From: Thermoleophilia bacterium
GTDB lineage: Bacteria > Actinomycetota > Thermoleophilia > UBA2241
Assembly (NCBI GenBank): GCA_040769125.1
Contig: JAXGLO010000001.1
Span: forward strand, 1,565,041 to 1,629,040
Direction: 5' to 3'
DNA length: 64,000 nt
Below are positions 9,675-20,057 of this stretch, in pieces. A program made the translations under genes and the position numbers. The notes beneath the pieces are model-generated. The model ran no database searches. It was not told the DNA's origin and saw only the letters and a list, made by a program, of their open reading frames with translations. Position 1 is the stretch's first letter; each line of letters begins with the position of its first letter.

Positions 9675-11288
9675 TCACCTCCTCCTCTTCTTCTTCCTGC
9701 TGGAGGTGGTGCGGCGGCGCCCCGACGTGCGTCCGGCAGCAGCCTTCGGCCGGCCGGCCGGCTTTGCGGCCGCGGCCGCGGCCGCGGCCGCAGGGGCCTG
9801 CCCACTCTGGCGGCCGCCGCTCACGCCGGCGACGGCCTCGATCTGATCGTCCTTGACGCCCACGAACGCCGGCCGGTTGAAGAACGGGAGGCCGGCGAGC
9901 ATACCGAGCATCGCCCGGGTGAAGAGCACCGCAGTGAGCATGCTGACCGCGGTGCCCAGGATCAGGGTGAGCGCAAAGCCCTTGGGCTGGGCGCTCGCAA
10001 ACACGAACAGCACGGCGGCCGTGAGCATGGTGAGGATGTTGGCATCAAGGATCGTGCGGAAGCCGAGGATATAGCCCGAGTTGACGGCCGAGCGCACGGT
10101 CTTGCCTTCGCGTACCTCCTCCTTGATGCGCTCGAAGATGACCACGTTGGCGTCGGCGGCCACCCCGATGGTGAGGATCATGCCGGCGATGCCGGGCAAG
10201 GTAAGGGTGACCGGGATGGCGTTGAACAGACCCCAGAGCAGGACGCCGTAGACCAGCAGTGCGAGGTCGGCCACCACCCCAAGGAAGCGGTAGCACACGA
10301 TCATGTAGACGAAGATCAGGCCGAGGCCGATGAGGCCGGCGATAAGGCCCTGCTGCAGCGAGTCCTTGCCCAGCGTCGCCGAAACCTGCTGCTGATAGGC
10401 CGGCACGAGCTTGACCGGCAGCGCGCCGGTTTTGAGGACGAAGGCGAGATCCTTGGATTCCTGAACGGTCATGGCGCCGCCCGAGATGACGGCGCCGCCG
10501 GCGATGCCGTCGCGCAGGTCGGGGTCGGTGTAGTCGATCATCGGATCTGAGGACATCTCGCCGTCGAGCACGATGGCGAACGTCTGCGGCTCGTTCTTGA
10601 GCAGGCCGGTACGGAACAGCTCCCGCGTGATGCGCTGGAACTGCTTGGAGCCCTCGTTGGTGAACTCGATGGCGACCTGGGGCTTGCCGTCCTGGCCGAA
10701 GCCGGCGGTGGCATCGGAGACGGCGTCGCCGGTCATGGCCGGAGGCAGCCGGTAAACCGCCCAGAGCGTGCTCTCGTTGCCGCGCACGCCCGGTGGGATC
10801 TCGACGAGGACGTGGTCGGCGGTGCTGCCCGCAGCGCGCAGCTGCGCGATCTCCGACTTGGAGACACCCTGGCGACGAAGCTGGGTAAGGGCCTGCTCCT
10901 TGGAGGCCACAGGGCTGACCGGCCGCGCCTGCGCGTCGTCCTTGAAGAACAGGAGCTGTGCCGTCTTGCCGATGACGTCCAGCGCCTGCTCCTTGCCCTT
11001 GATGCCGGGAAGCGCGACCGAGATCTGGTCGGCTCCCTGGCGCTGGATCTGCGACTCGGTGACCCCGAGGCCGTTGACGCGGCGGTCGAGGATGGCGATG
11101 GCCTGGTCGACCTGCGCCGACGTGGGTTTCCTGCCGTCGGCCGTTGTGGCGTCATACACCACCTCGAGGCCGCCCTGGAGGTCGAGGCCGAGCCGCGTCT
11201 TCTCGCCCGGCGGCACGATGTAGTACACAGCGACCACGACGAGCGCGAGCATGAAGAGCAGGATGATGAGGTTGCGATGCCTTCTCAC
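9675..11288 (-). CDS. secD: Protein translocase subunit SecD
   Basis: LGLDLQGG, RVNGLGVTE, GALPV and GVAADANVVIFERIKEE motifs. Confidence 0.97.
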   Translation of the reverse strand: MRRHRNLIILLFMLALVVVAVYYIVPPGEKTRLGLDLQGGLEVVYDATTADGRKPTSAQVDQAIAILDRRVNGLGVTESQIQRQGADQISVALPGIKGKEQALDVIGKTAQLLFFKDDAQARPVSPVASKEQALTQLRRQGVSKSEIAQLRAAGSTADHVLVEIPPGVRGNESTLWAVYRLPPAMTGDAVSDATAGFGQDGKPQVAIEFTNEGSKQFQRITRELFRTGLLKNEPQTFAIVLDGEMSSDPMIDYTDPDLRDGIAGGAVISGGAMTVQESKDLAFVLKTGALPVKLVPAYQQQVSATLGKDSLQQGLIAGLIGLGLIFVYMIVCYRFLGVVADLALLVYGVLLWGLFNAIPVTLTLPGIAGMILTIGVAADANVVIFERIKEEVREGKTVRSAVNSGYILGFRTILDANILTMLTAAVLFVFASAQPKGFALTLILGTAVSMLTAVLFTRAMLGMLAGLPFFNRPAFVGVKDDQIEAVAGVSGGRQSGQAPAAAAAAAAAKPAGRPKAAAGRTSGRRRTTSSRKKKRRR

Positions 11289-11319
11289 AGAGTCAAACGA
11301 ATCCTATGCCGCTAGCAGA

Positions 11320-11414
11320 CACAGGCGCAGAGCTTACCCAACCGCACACACAGGCGCAACTGAGAATAAACCGCGCACGCAGGCGCAGCTGAACCGCGTA
11401 CGCAGGCGCAGCTG
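11320..11414. repeat. Tandem 23-29 bp repeats with a CAGGCGCA core between ftsZ and secD
   Basis: AACCGCRYACRCAGGCGCARCTG at 11340, 11369 and 11392, plus a partial copy with its core at 11322. Confidence 0.8.
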
Positions 11415-11439
11415 GCGACACGCGTCACAGCCCGCGGCC

Positions 11440-12540
11440 TCAGCGATCACGCAGGAAGCTGGGAACGTCGAGAACGTCCTCGTTGACCTCAAAGGACGGC
11501 CGCTGCTCGTCGGCGAAGAGCGGCGTGCTCGTCGTCTCCCTCGCAGGATCGTCGGCGGCCTCAGGAACGGCGGGAGTGGAATCCGGCTTCGCCACCCGGT
11601 CGAACCCGGTGGCGATGACCGTCACGCGCACCTCGTCGCCGAACGACGGATCGATGACCGCGCCGAAGATGATATTGGAGTCGGCGTCGGCGGCGCTGGA
11701 GATGATCTCCGCCGCCTCGTTGATCTCGAACAGGCCGAGGTCGCCACCGCCGGTGATGTTGAGGAGGATGCCGCGCGCGCCCTCGACGCTCGCCTCGAGG
11801 AGAGGCGAACTGATCGCCGCGTGAGCCGCCTCGACGGCGCGATTCTCGCCGCCGGCGACGCCGATGCCCATAAGCGCCGAGCCCGCATCCTGCATGATGG
11901 TACGCACGTCGGCGAAGTCGAGATTGATGAGCCCCGGTACGGTAATGAGATCGGTGATGCCCTGGACGCCCTGGCGAAGCACGTCGTCGGCGACCTTGAA
12001 CGCCTCGATCACCGAGGTGCGCCGCTCGACCACCTGCAGCAGGCGGTCGTTGGGGATGATGATCAGCGTGTCGACCTTCTCGCGAAGCTCCTGGATGCCG
12101 TCCTCCGCCTGGCGCCCCCGGCGCTTGCCCTCGAAGGCGAACGGCCGCGTGACCACCCCGACTGTGAGGGCGCCCAGTTCCTTGGCAAGCTCAGCGATGA
12201 CCGGCGCCGCGCCGGTCCCCGTGCCGCCGCCCTTGCCGGCCGTTACGAACACCATGTCGGCGCCCTTGAGCGCGTCGCGCAGCTCGTCCTTGCTCTCCAT
12301 GGCGGCCTGGTAGCCGATGCTGGGATTGGCGCCGGCGCCCAGCCCGCGGGTGATCTTGCTGCCGATGTGGATCTTGACGTCGGCGTCGCACATCTGCAGC
12401 GCCTGCGCATCGGTGTTCACGGCGATGAACTCAACCCCGCGCAAGCCAGCGTCGACCATGCGATTGACGGCGTTGGTGCCGCCGCCACCCACGCCGACAA
12501 CCTTGATGACGGCGAGGTAGTTGGCTGAAGCATCGATCAT
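11440..12540 (-). CDS. ftsZ: Cell division protein FtsZ
   Basis: [24 protein letters not shown] tubulin motif, NLDFAD, C-terminal LDVPSFLR. Confidence 0.99.
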   Translation of the reverse strand: MIDASANYLAVIKVVGVGGGGTNAVNRMVDAGLRGVEFIAVNTDAQALQMCDADVKIHIGSKITRGLGAGANPSIGYQAAMESKDELRDALKGADMVFVTAGKGGGTGTGAAPVIAELAKELGALTVGVVTRPFAFEGKRRGRQAEDGIQELREKVDTLIIIPNDRLLQVVERRTSVIEAFKVADDVLRQGVQGITDLITVPGLINLDFADVRTIMQDAGSALMGIGVAGGENRAVEAAHAAISSPLLEASVEGARGILLNITGGGDLGLFEINEAAEIISSAADADSNIIFGAVIDPSFGDEVRVTVIATGFDRVAKPDSTPAVPEAADDPARETTSTPLFADEQRPSFEVNEDVLDVPSFLRDR

Positions 12541-12593
12541 GGTGATGACCCTCCTGTCGTGGTCGAGACTTCTCATCACGACTCGTCACAAGC

Positions 12594-12612
12594 TCTCAAG
12601 TTGGCCTTGAGA
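12594..12612. promoter_or_regulatory. Inverted repeat upstream of ftsZ (candidate regulator site)
   Basis: TCTCAAG-ttggc-CTTGAGA, about 55-70 nt before the ftsZ start. Confidence 0.5.
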
Positions 12613-12805
12613 CCTGGCCCCGGTCCTCTTCATGAGTCGCTGAAAAGGCCATTTTGCTGCACTTTTACCGGCTCCGCCACGGTCGCCCGTCTCGCAAACG
12701 GATCGTAACTTTTAACATACTGAGGCCTTCTAAAGGTGTCAAACACCGGGGACCGCCCGGCGCAGCGCACCGGCCTCGACCTCGACTTCACACCGGCCTG
12801 AGCCG

Positions 12806-13735
12806 TCACTTGAGGATAGGGCGCGCGAGAACCCGATCGGGGATCGTGACGTCCACGAACGTGCACGAGACACCCTCCGCCGCGTACCGCGCGAGCACGG
12901 TGCGGAGAGCGATCGCCTTGGCCCTCGCCCGATCGCCGCCGCCCCACACCACCTCCAGTCGAGGAGCCAGCCGCAGACTCACCTGGCCCTCGGGGGATGC
13001 GTCCACGACGCCGACACGATGCTGCAGCTCGGCGGGCAGCGCGTCGAGCGCCGAGAAGATGGCCCGGGTGCGCGGATCCCTGAGGTACGAGCCCGGCGTG
13101 AGGGCGCCCGGCACGGCGAACCGGGGCAACCTGGGGGCGGCCCGCGGCGGGCCGACCTTCAGCCGTTCACGGCGCTCTGAGGTCAGGCCCTGCGTCCCCG
13201 TGGACTTCCCGGGCGCGCCCGCCGCCGACACCGCCGGGCTCGGCGAGATCGACGGCTCTGGAGCGGCTGAAGCGGTCGCCGCAGTGCCGACGGCGGCGGG
13301 CGTCCCATCGCGACCCATCCTGAAGACCACGTATCCGTCGTCGGCGACGACATACCAGCCCCCGGTCGCGAGAACATTGGCGACCGGCTGGTGCTCCACG
13401 ACCGCAACACGCAGGGTCGAGGGGAAGTCGCGATCCACATCGACCCGCGCCACATAGGGGAACGAAGCCAGGGCCTCGGCGACCTCGGCTTCGGCGACCG
13501 TGAAGAGGTTACCGCCGACGAACGACGTGCGCAGGTGCCGGATCAGGGCGCCAGCGGATGTGCGCTCCGCCCCGGTCACCGTGATCTCACGCACCGCGAA
13601 CGAGGACGAGCTGCGCCCCCATGCGTACAGCACCGCGGGCACCACGAGGATCGCCGCAGCGAGCAGCACGGTCGGAAGAAGACGATAGCGCAGGCGTTGT
13701 GCCCTGCGACCCGTGATCTTGGCGCCGGACCTCAT
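12806..13735 (-). CDS. ftsQ: Cell division protein FtsQ/DivIB
   Basis: TM helix, POTRA domain (FAVREITVTG...PYVARVDVDRDFPSTLRVAVVEH); lies between murC and ftsZ. Confidence 0.9.
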   Translation of the reverse strand: MRSGAKITGRRAQRLRYRLLPTVLLAAAILVVPAVLYAWGRSSSSFAVREITVTGAERTSAGALIRHLRTSFVGGNLFTVAEAEVAEALASFPYVARVDVDRDFPSTLRVAVVEHQPVANVLATGGWYVVADDGYVVFRMGRDGTPAAVGTAATASAAPEPSISPSPAVSAAGAPGKSTGTQGLTSERRERLKVGPPRAAPRLPRFAVPGALTPGSYLRDPRTRAIFSALDALPAELQHRVGVVDASPEGQVSLRLAPRLEVVWGGGDRARAKAIALRTVLARYAAEGVSCTFVDVTIPDRVLARPILK

Positions 13736-13761
13736 CGGAGGGAGACAGCCGCTGCGTGGAC

Positions 13762-15171
13762 TTATTCGGCGGCGGGCCGAGCTTCCCCTTGACCGGCGAG
13801 CGTAGCGAGCAGCTGCTCGCCGACGCGGTAGATGTCGCCGGCTCCCAGCGTGAGAACGAGGTCGCCCTCGCGGACACGGAGCGCGAGGCTCCTCACGATA
13901 TCCGCGAAGCGAGGCAGGTAGGAGATGGGACCGGCAGGCCGCTCCGCGAGATAGGCGTCGACGACCAGCTTGCCGGTGATGCCCGGCTCCGGCTCTTCAC
14001 GAGCGGGGAAGATCTCGGTGACGATCGCTTCGTCGGCGATCGTCAGCGCCTTGCCGAACTCGTACTGCAGGTACCGCGTGCGTGAGAACAGATGCGGCTG
14101 AAACACGGCGATCACGCGTCGGTACCCGCCTCTCGCGGTGGCCGTCAGCGTCGCCGCGATCTCGGTGGGGTGATGCGCGTAGTCGTCGACCACGATGACG
14201 CCGCCATAACGACCGACCTCCTGGAAGCGCCGCGCGGCGCCACTGAACGTCGCCAGGTGCGGAGCCGCCTCGGCCGGCGTGACGCCGACGTGCCGCAACA
14301 CGGCCAGCGCGGTGAGCGCGTTGAGAACGTTGTGAGAGCCCGGCACACGAAGGGTGATCCGGGCGAGCTCCACGCCCTCCTCGAAGACCGTGAACGCGCT
14401 GCCGCGGTCGTCGACTCGCGTCACGGCGGCGCTCAGATCGCCCTCGCCGATGCCGACGCGCACGACGGCGGCCTGGGTGGAGGCGGCGAGGCTCTCCAGG
14501 CGGCCGTCGGTCGTCAGCACCAGCAGCCCGTGAGCCGGCAACAGAGCGACGAACCTGTGGAACACCTCGAGCAGGTCGTCGAGACAGCCGTAGTGGGTGT
14601 GATGGTCGAGCTCGACGTTGCCGACGATGGCGACCTCGGGACGAAGGTAGAGAAGGCTGCCGTCGCTCTCGTCGGCCTCCGCCACCAGCCACTCGCCCTC
14701 CCCCACGCCGGCGTTAGAACCGACATCGTTCAGCTCCCCGCCGACGAGGAACGTGGGATCGAGCCCGGCCTGGCGCAGGACGTGCGCGATCATCGACGAA
14801 GTCGTCGTCTTGCCGTGCGCGCCGGCGACCGCGATGCCGCGGCGCAGCGTCATCACCCGGGCCAGCATCTCGGCCCTGCGGAGCACGGGTAGCCCGGCGG
14901 TGAGAGCAGCCTGCAGCTCCGGGTTGCCCTCGCCGATGGCGGAGGAGATGACCACCAGCGCGGCGTCACCGAGATTGGCTGCCTGGTGACCGATCGCCAC
15001 GGACACACCGGCCTCCTCGAGGTTGCGCGTGTACCGCGAGGCCTTGAGATCTGAGCCGCTCACGGCGACACCAAGACGATGCAGCACCATGGCGATGCCG
15101 CTCATGCCGGCGCCCCCGATGCCGATGAAGTGCACCGGCTGGGGAAAGGACATGGCTCGCTCGTCGGTCAT
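13762..15171 (-). CDS. murC: UDP-N-acetylmuramate--L-alanine ligase
   Basis: HFIGIGGAGMSG, GAHGKTTTS, EADESDGS, DDYAHHPTEI and FQPH motifs. Confidence 0.97.
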   Translation of the reverse strand: MTDERAMSFPQPVHFIGIGGAGMSGIAMVLHRLGVAVSGSDLKASRYTRNLEEAGVSVAIGHQAANLGDAALVVISSAIGEGNPELQAALTAGLPVLRRAEMLARVMTLRRGIAVAGAHGKTTTSSMIAHVLRQAGLDPTFLVGGELNDVGSNAGVGEGEWLVAEADESDGSLLYLRPEVAIVGNVELDHHTHYGCLDDLLEVFHRFVALLPAHGLLVLTTDGRLESLAASTQAAVVRVGIGEGDLSAAVTRVDDRGSAFTVFEEGVELARITLRVPGSHNVLNALTALAVLRHVGVTPAEAAPHLATFSGAARRFQEVGRYGGVIVVDDYAHHPTEIAATLTATARGGYRRVIAVFQPHLFSRTRYLQYEFGKALTIADEAIVTEIFPAREEPEPGITGKLVVDAYLAERPAGPISYLPRFADIVRSLALRVREGDLVLTLGAGDIYRVGEQLLATLAGQGEARPAAE

Positions 15172-16274
15172 CGTCTGCTCCGTTCGGTCAGTATGTCCTC
15201 CACCTCGCCGACGACGCGTCGCGTGGCGTCTGGCTTGCCCAGGGCAGCACTCGCAGCGGCCATCGCGGCCAGCCGCGCGCGGTCTCCGAGAAGCCCGGCG
15301 ACGAGGCCGCCCAGCACCGCGCCGTTGAGATCGTCGTCGTCGACCAGTACCGCCGCCCCCGCAGCGACCATCCACTGCGCGTTGAGCCGCTGGTGGTCGG
15401 CGGTGGCATGAGGGTACGGCACGAGCACCGCGGGCTTGCCCAGGGCGGCGAGCTCCGCGATGGAACCGCCTGAGCGGGCAACCACGAGATCGGCGGCGGC
15501 CATCGCCTGAGCCAGAAGGTCGGTGTAGGCGACCAGGTGATAGCGCTCGAAGCGCTCGCCGCGCGCCTCCAGCGACTCGCGCACCGCGGCGTGGTTGCGC
15601 GCGCCGCAGACGTGGACGACCTGAAGTTCGCTGTCGCGCCCTCCAAAGGCCTCGACGCACGCCGAGTTGATGCTCCGCGCCCCCTGGCTGCCGCCGAAGA
15701 CGAGCAGCACCGGCGACCCCTCCTCGAGGCCGAAGGCCTCGCGCCCCTCCGCGGCCGTCGCCATTGTCTGCGCGACGCTCAGCGGCCGCCCGGTGACGAC
15801 GAACCTGGGCGGCTCCAGCCCGGCGATCGGGAAGCTCAGGCAGACTCTCCGCACGAAGGGCCGCAGCAGGCGGTTGGCAACACCGAGATGTGCGTCGGCC
15901 TCGAGCGCGACCCCGGGGATCCCGTGAAGCGCCGCGAGCGCGACCACGGGGCCGCTGGAGAAGCCGCCGGCGCCGACCACTACCTCGGGGCGCACGCGCC
16001 TGAGAATCCGCTCGACTCGTGGCACCGCGGCGGCGAGCAACCAGAGGGCGCGTGCGTGCTCACAAGGCGCCAGGCGCCGCGCGAAGCCGCTCAGCTCGAG
16101 AGCGTGCGTCTCGAACAGCGGGGCCACGTGGCCGACCTGCGAGGGCGTCGTCACGACGACGACGCGGGCGCCGCGATCCTGTGCTTCAGCCGCGACGGCG
16201 AGCGCCGGCTGAAGGTGACCTCCGGTCCCTCCCGCCGCGAGCAGCACCGTCGCGCCGCTCAGCGGTGACGACAA
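15168..16274 (-). CDS. murG: Lipid II GlcNAc transferase MurG
   Basis: GGTGGH, GGSQGA and HQRLNA motifs. Start placed at a TTG preceded by SD GAAGGAG. Confidence 0.96.
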   Translation of the reverse strand: MSSPLSGATVLLAAGGTGGHLQPALAVAAEAQDRGARVVVVTTPSQVGHVAPLFETHALELSGFARRLAPCEHARALWLLAAAVPRVERILRRVRPEVVVGAGGFSSGPVVALAALHGIPGVALEADAHLGVANRLLRPFVRRVCLSFPIAGLEPPRFVVTGRPLSVAQTMATAAEGREAFGLEEGSPVLLVFGGSQGARSINSACVEAFGGRDSELQVVHVCGARNHAAVRESLEARGERFERYHLVAYTDLLAQAMAAADLVVARSGGSIAELAALGKPAVLVPYPHATADHQRLNAQWMVAAGAAVLVDDDDLNGAVLGGLVAGLLGDRARLAAMAAASAALGKPDATRRVVGEVEDILTERSRR

Positions 16275-17634
16275 TGTAGCTCCTTCGGTTGGTCGCAATG
16301 TTAAGCATAATGCCGATGGCGCCCAGAATGATGATCAGGTTGGTGCCGCCCAGCGAGACGAGCGGCAGAGGCACCCCGGTAAGCGGCAGGAGGCCGAGGG
16401 CGGCCCCCATGTTGATGCTCGCCTGGCTGATGATGATCGCGGCGATACCGCTGGCCAGCAGCTTCCCGAAGAGATCCCTGCACTCCAGGGCGATGCGGAA
16501 GCAGGCCCATGCCAGCGCGACGTAGAGCGCGAGCAGGCCCGCCAGACCGAGGAGGCCAAGCTCTTCACCGATGATGCCCGTGATCATGTCGGTGCCCTGC
16601 TCGGGCAGAAAGCCGAACTTCTGCACCGAGTTGCCGAGCCCTACTCCGAAGAAACCCCCCGACGCCACCGAGATGAGGGATTGCGTGGCCTGGAAGCCGC
16701 TCCCCTGCGGATCCTTCCATGGGTCGAAGAACGTCGTCAGCCGCTCGAGCCTGTAAGGCTCCGCCACGATGAGGCCGAGAATGACGAGGCAGGCGGCACC
16801 GACCGCCGCCAGCAGGTGCCGGAGGAGCGCCCCGGCCGCGATCAGCACACCGACGACGGCACAGGTGAGCACGAGGGTGGTGCCCAGGTCGGGCTCCAGC
16901 ATGATCAGCGCAGCGGCCGGCGCGATGCCGAGGCCGGCCAGCGACAGGAAGCCGCGCGCCGTCGTGACCATCCCGGGACGACGGGCCACCAGGGTGGCGA
17001 TGAGCACCACGGCGGCGAGCTTGGCGACCTCGCTGGGCTGGAAGGTGATGCCGCCGACCATGATCCAGCGCCTGGCGCCGTTGATAGTCGTACCGACACC
17101 CGGCACGAGCACGGCCACGAGGCCGAGCAGGGCGAGCGCCGCCAAGGGCTTCGCCCAGCGGCGCCACATGCCGTAGTCGATCCGCGAGAGAGCTAGCATG
17201 ACCGCCACCCCGATCCCCGCGAAGAGCCCCTGGCGAAGCAGGAAGTAGAAGCTGGATTTGTGCTCGAAGTAGCCCTCCGCGGCGGAGGCGCTGAACGACA
17301 TCACAAGGCCGTACGTCAGCAGGAGGAAGACGACCAGCAGCAGACTCCGCCGGGCGCCAATGCCCGGCGCCAGCCGGGCGCCGGCAGCCAGACCGGCGCG
17401 CGGGCGCGAGGACGGCGCCGTGCGCGATGAAGCGGCGCGCCGCGACGGACCGTCACGCCGCCCGGCCTCGCGGCGTTCAATGGCTGAAGCGCCCGCCCCC
17501 CGGCGCCGATCGACGCTGCCGCGCCGGTCGACGCCTCCGTGGCGAGCGCCGCCCTGACCCGCAGCATAGCTTCGCGCAGCATAGCTTCGGCGATCCGGCG
17601 CAACCACGCCGACCCTCTGATGACTCGACCTCAC
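16186..17634 (-). CDS. ftsW: Peptidoglycan polymerase FtsW (SEDS family)
   Basis: GARRWI, FQPSE, EPDLGT, GLGNSVQK and TGVPLPLVSLGG motifs. Long Arg-rich N-terminal extension, so the true start is uncertain. Confidence 0.94.
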   Translation of the reverse strand: MRSSHQRVGVVAPDRRSYAARSYAAGQGGARHGGVDRRGSVDRRRGAGASAIERREAGRRDGPSRRAASSRTAPSSRPRAGLAAGARLAPGIGARRSLLLVVFLLLTYGLVMSFSASAAEGYFEHKSSFYFLLRQGLFAGIGVAVMLALSRIDYGMWRRWAKPLAALALLGLVAVLVPGVGTTINGARRWIMVGGITFQPSEVAKLAAVVLIATLVARRPGMVTTARGFLSLAGLGIAPAAALIMLEPDLGTTLVLTCAVVGVLIAAGALLRHLLAAVGAACLVILGLIVAEPYRLERLTTFFDPWKDPQGSGFQATQSLISVASGGFFGVGLGNSVQKFGFLPEQGTDMITGIIGEELGLLGLAGLLALYVALAWACFRIALECRDLFGKLLASGIAAIIISQASINMGAALGLLPLTGVPLPLVSLGGTNLIIILGAIGIMLNIATNRRSYIVVTAERRDGAARGGRDRRSPSAGARRRG

Positions 17635-19061
17635 GCCCCCCGCTCTCCCCGCACCTCGGCGACCAGCTCAATGAAGTGTTCGCCCCGCTGCACATAGTCC
17701 CTGTACTGATCCCAGCTCGCGCAGGCAGGGCTGAGGAGCACGACGTCGCCGTCCACGGCGTCGTGCGCCGCCCTGCGCACGGCGGCGGCAAGATCTCCAC
17801 AGTCGACCGCCGGGGTGGCGCGCGACGCCCCCACGGCGGCCCTCCGGACGAAGGCCGCCGCCAGCCGCGGCGCCGTCGCACCGATGAGCAGCACCTGCCG
17901 CACGCGCCCCTCGACGGCCGTCGCGAGGTCGGCGTACTCCGCTCCCTTGTCGCAGCCGCCGAGGATGAGATGCACGCCGCCGGAGTAGGCGGTGAGAGCC
18001 TTCAGCGTGGCGTCGACGTTCGTCGCTTTCGAGTCGTTGACGTAGGTGACTCCGTCGACCACGCCGACCACCTGGAGACGGTGCGGAACGCCGGCGAACG
18101 TACGGAGCGTCTGAGCGGCGGCGGCTGGCGGCACACCGACCGCGCAGGCGGCGGCCGCGGCGGCGAGCGAGTTCTGCAGATTGTGCTCGCCGCGCAGGGC
18201 GAGCTCGACGGCCGGGCACAGCGCGACGCGCTCCCCTTCGATCGCCACCCACAGAACGCCCCGGGCGTCCACTCCAGCGACGAGCTCGGCTCCGGACGGG
18301 CCGGACTCAGCTCCCGGCCGCGCCGAGAACCAGCCTCGCCTTCCCTGACCCGGCAGGCGCCCTTCGGCGAACACCCGGAGGGTCTCCGGGTCGTCGGCGT
18401 TCAGTAAGCCGAGATCGCCGTCTCCCTGGTTCTCGAAGATGCGCAGCTTGGCGTCGACGTAGGCGCCGTAGGTGCCGTGACGATCGACGTGGTCCTCCGT
18501 CAGGTTGATCAGCACGGCGACGTCGGGACGGAAACGCTCGATGTGCTGAAGCTGGAAGCTGGAGAGCTCCGCGACGACGGCGGCCGCAGACGAGACGCTG
18601 GCCGGCATGCCGGCCAGCGCGTGCCCGATGTTGCCGCCGACGGCCACAGGCAGGCCGGCATCACGCAAGATCGTGCCCGTCAGCTCCGTGGTGGTGGTCT
18701 TCCCGTTGGTCCCGGTGATGCCGATCAGGCGATTCGTGAGGAAACGTGCGGCGAACTCGACTTCACTCCAGACCGTGACGCCGCGGCGCACGGCCTCCTG
18801 TACGACCGCGCTCTCGTCCGCCACGCCCGGGCTCTTGACCAGAAGATCGGCGTCGGGGGGCAGGACGGCGGCAGACCCCAGGAGCACCTCGACGCCGGCC
18901 TGGCGAAGTTCCGCCACGGCGTCGTCCGGCACCGCACCCTCGTCGAGCCCGACCACCCGCGCACCGCGCAGCCGCTCGCACGCCAGCAGCGCCACCGGCC
19001 GGCCGCTGCGGCGCAGGCCCACCACCGTCAGGCAGCGCACATCGCCGAGTTCCACCATCAC
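17631..19061 (-). CDS. murD: UDP-MurNAc-L-Ala--D-glutamate ligase
   Basis: KSPGV, ITGTNGKTTT, ELSSFQL, NDSKATN and LSPACASWDQY motifs. Confidence 0.97.
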   Translation of the reverse strand: MMVELGDVRCLTVVGLRRSGRPVALLACERLRGARVVGLDEGAVPDDAVAELRQAGVEVLLGSAAVLPPDADLLVKSPGVADESAVVQEAVRRGVTVWSEVEFAARFLTNRLIGITGTNGKTTTTELTGTILRDAGLPVAVGGNIGHALAGMPASVSSAAAVVAELSSFQLQHIERFRPDVAVLINLTEDHVDRHGTYGAYVDAKLRIFENQGDGDLGLLNADDPETLRVFAEGRLPGQGRRGWFSARPGAESGPSGAELVAGVDARGVLWVAIEGERVALCPAVELALRGEHNLQNSLAAAAAACAVGVPPAAAAQTLRTFAGVPHRLQVVGVVDGVTYVNDSKATNVDATLKALTAYSGGVHLILGGCDKGAEYADLATAVEGRVRQVLLIGATAPRLAAAFVRRAAVGASRATPAVDCGDLAAAVRRAAHDAVDGDVVLLSPACASWDQYRDYVQRGEHFIELVAEVRGERGA

Positions 19062-19067
19062 CCCCCG

Positions 19068-20057
19068 CTAGAACGTCGCATAGTACGCCGCAAACCCGGC
19101 GCCGGCGAAGACGGCGGCGATGATCCAGAAGCGCACGATGATCTTCGTCTCCGACCACGCCTTAAGCTCGAAGTGGTGGTGGAGGGGGGCCATGAGCAGC
19201 ACCCGGCGGCGGAACAGCTTGAACGAGGCGACCTGGATCATCACCGACAGAGCCTCGAGGACGAACAGGCCGCCGATGATCACCAGCACGAACTCGGTGC
19301 GCGTCAGAACGGCCAGGCCCGCGATCGCCCCCCCAAGACCCAGCGAACCGGTGTCGCCCATGAAGACGTCGGCCGGGAAGGTGTTGAACCACAGGAAGCC
19401 GAGACAGGCGCCACCGATGCAGCCGGCAACCACCATGAGGTCGGTAATGCCGGGGTCGTGTGCGTTGCGGCCGATGATGAAGGCTATGCCGGCCAAAGCC
19501 ACGAGCACGATCGCCGACGCCCCGGCCGCCAGGCCGTCGAGGCCGTCCGTGAGGTTGACCGCGTTGGAGAAGCCGGCAATCGTGAGGAAGATCAGCGTGT
19601 AGAAGCCCACCGTGCCCATCTCGAGCTGGTGCGAGATGAAGGGCACGTCGACGCGGGTGTCGAGGCCGGCGAAGCGCAGCGCTATGAACCCGACGAACAG
19701 AGCGAGGAGCAGTTGCAGCGGCAGCTTGACCCGTGCCGGCAGGCCGAGGGAGCGCTTGCGCACGATCTTCGTCCAGTCGTCGGCGAAGCCGATCAGGGCG
19801 TTGCCCAGCGCCGCGATCATCACGGTCAGCGAGGCGACGGAGAAGCGGCTGAAGATCACGAACGGCACGAGCACCGCGAACCAGATGAGCACGCCGCCCA
19901 TGGTGGGTGTGCCCGCTTTCGTCTTGTGGCCGTCAGGCCCCTCCTCACGGATGTTCTGGCCGAACTCATTAAGATGCAGCCAGCGAATGAAGGGGGGTCC
20001 GATGAGCAACATGAGGACCATGGCGACCACGCTTGCACCCATCGCTCTCAGCATCAA
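19068..20057 (-). CDS. mraY: Phospho-MurNAc-pentapeptide transferase
   Basis: KAGTPTMGG, NAVNLTDGLDGLA, FMGDTGS and MAPLHHHFEL motifs. Confidence 0.98.
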   Translation of the reverse strand: MMLRAMGASVVAMVLMLLIGPPFIRWLHLNEFGQNIREEGPDGHKTKAGTPTMGGVLIWFAVLVPFVIFSRFSVASLTVMIAALGNALIGFADDWTKIVRKRSLGLPARVKLPLQLLLALFVGFIALRFAGLDTRVDVPFISHQLEMGTVGFYTLIFLTIAGFSNAVNLTDGLDGLAAGASAIVLVALAGIAFIIGRNAHDPGITDLMVVAGCIGGACLGFLWFNTFPADVFMGDTGSLGLGGAIAGLAVLTRTEFVLVIIGGLFVLEALSVMIQVASFKLFRRRVLLMAPLHHHFELKAWSETKIIVRFWIIAAVFAGAGFAAYYATF

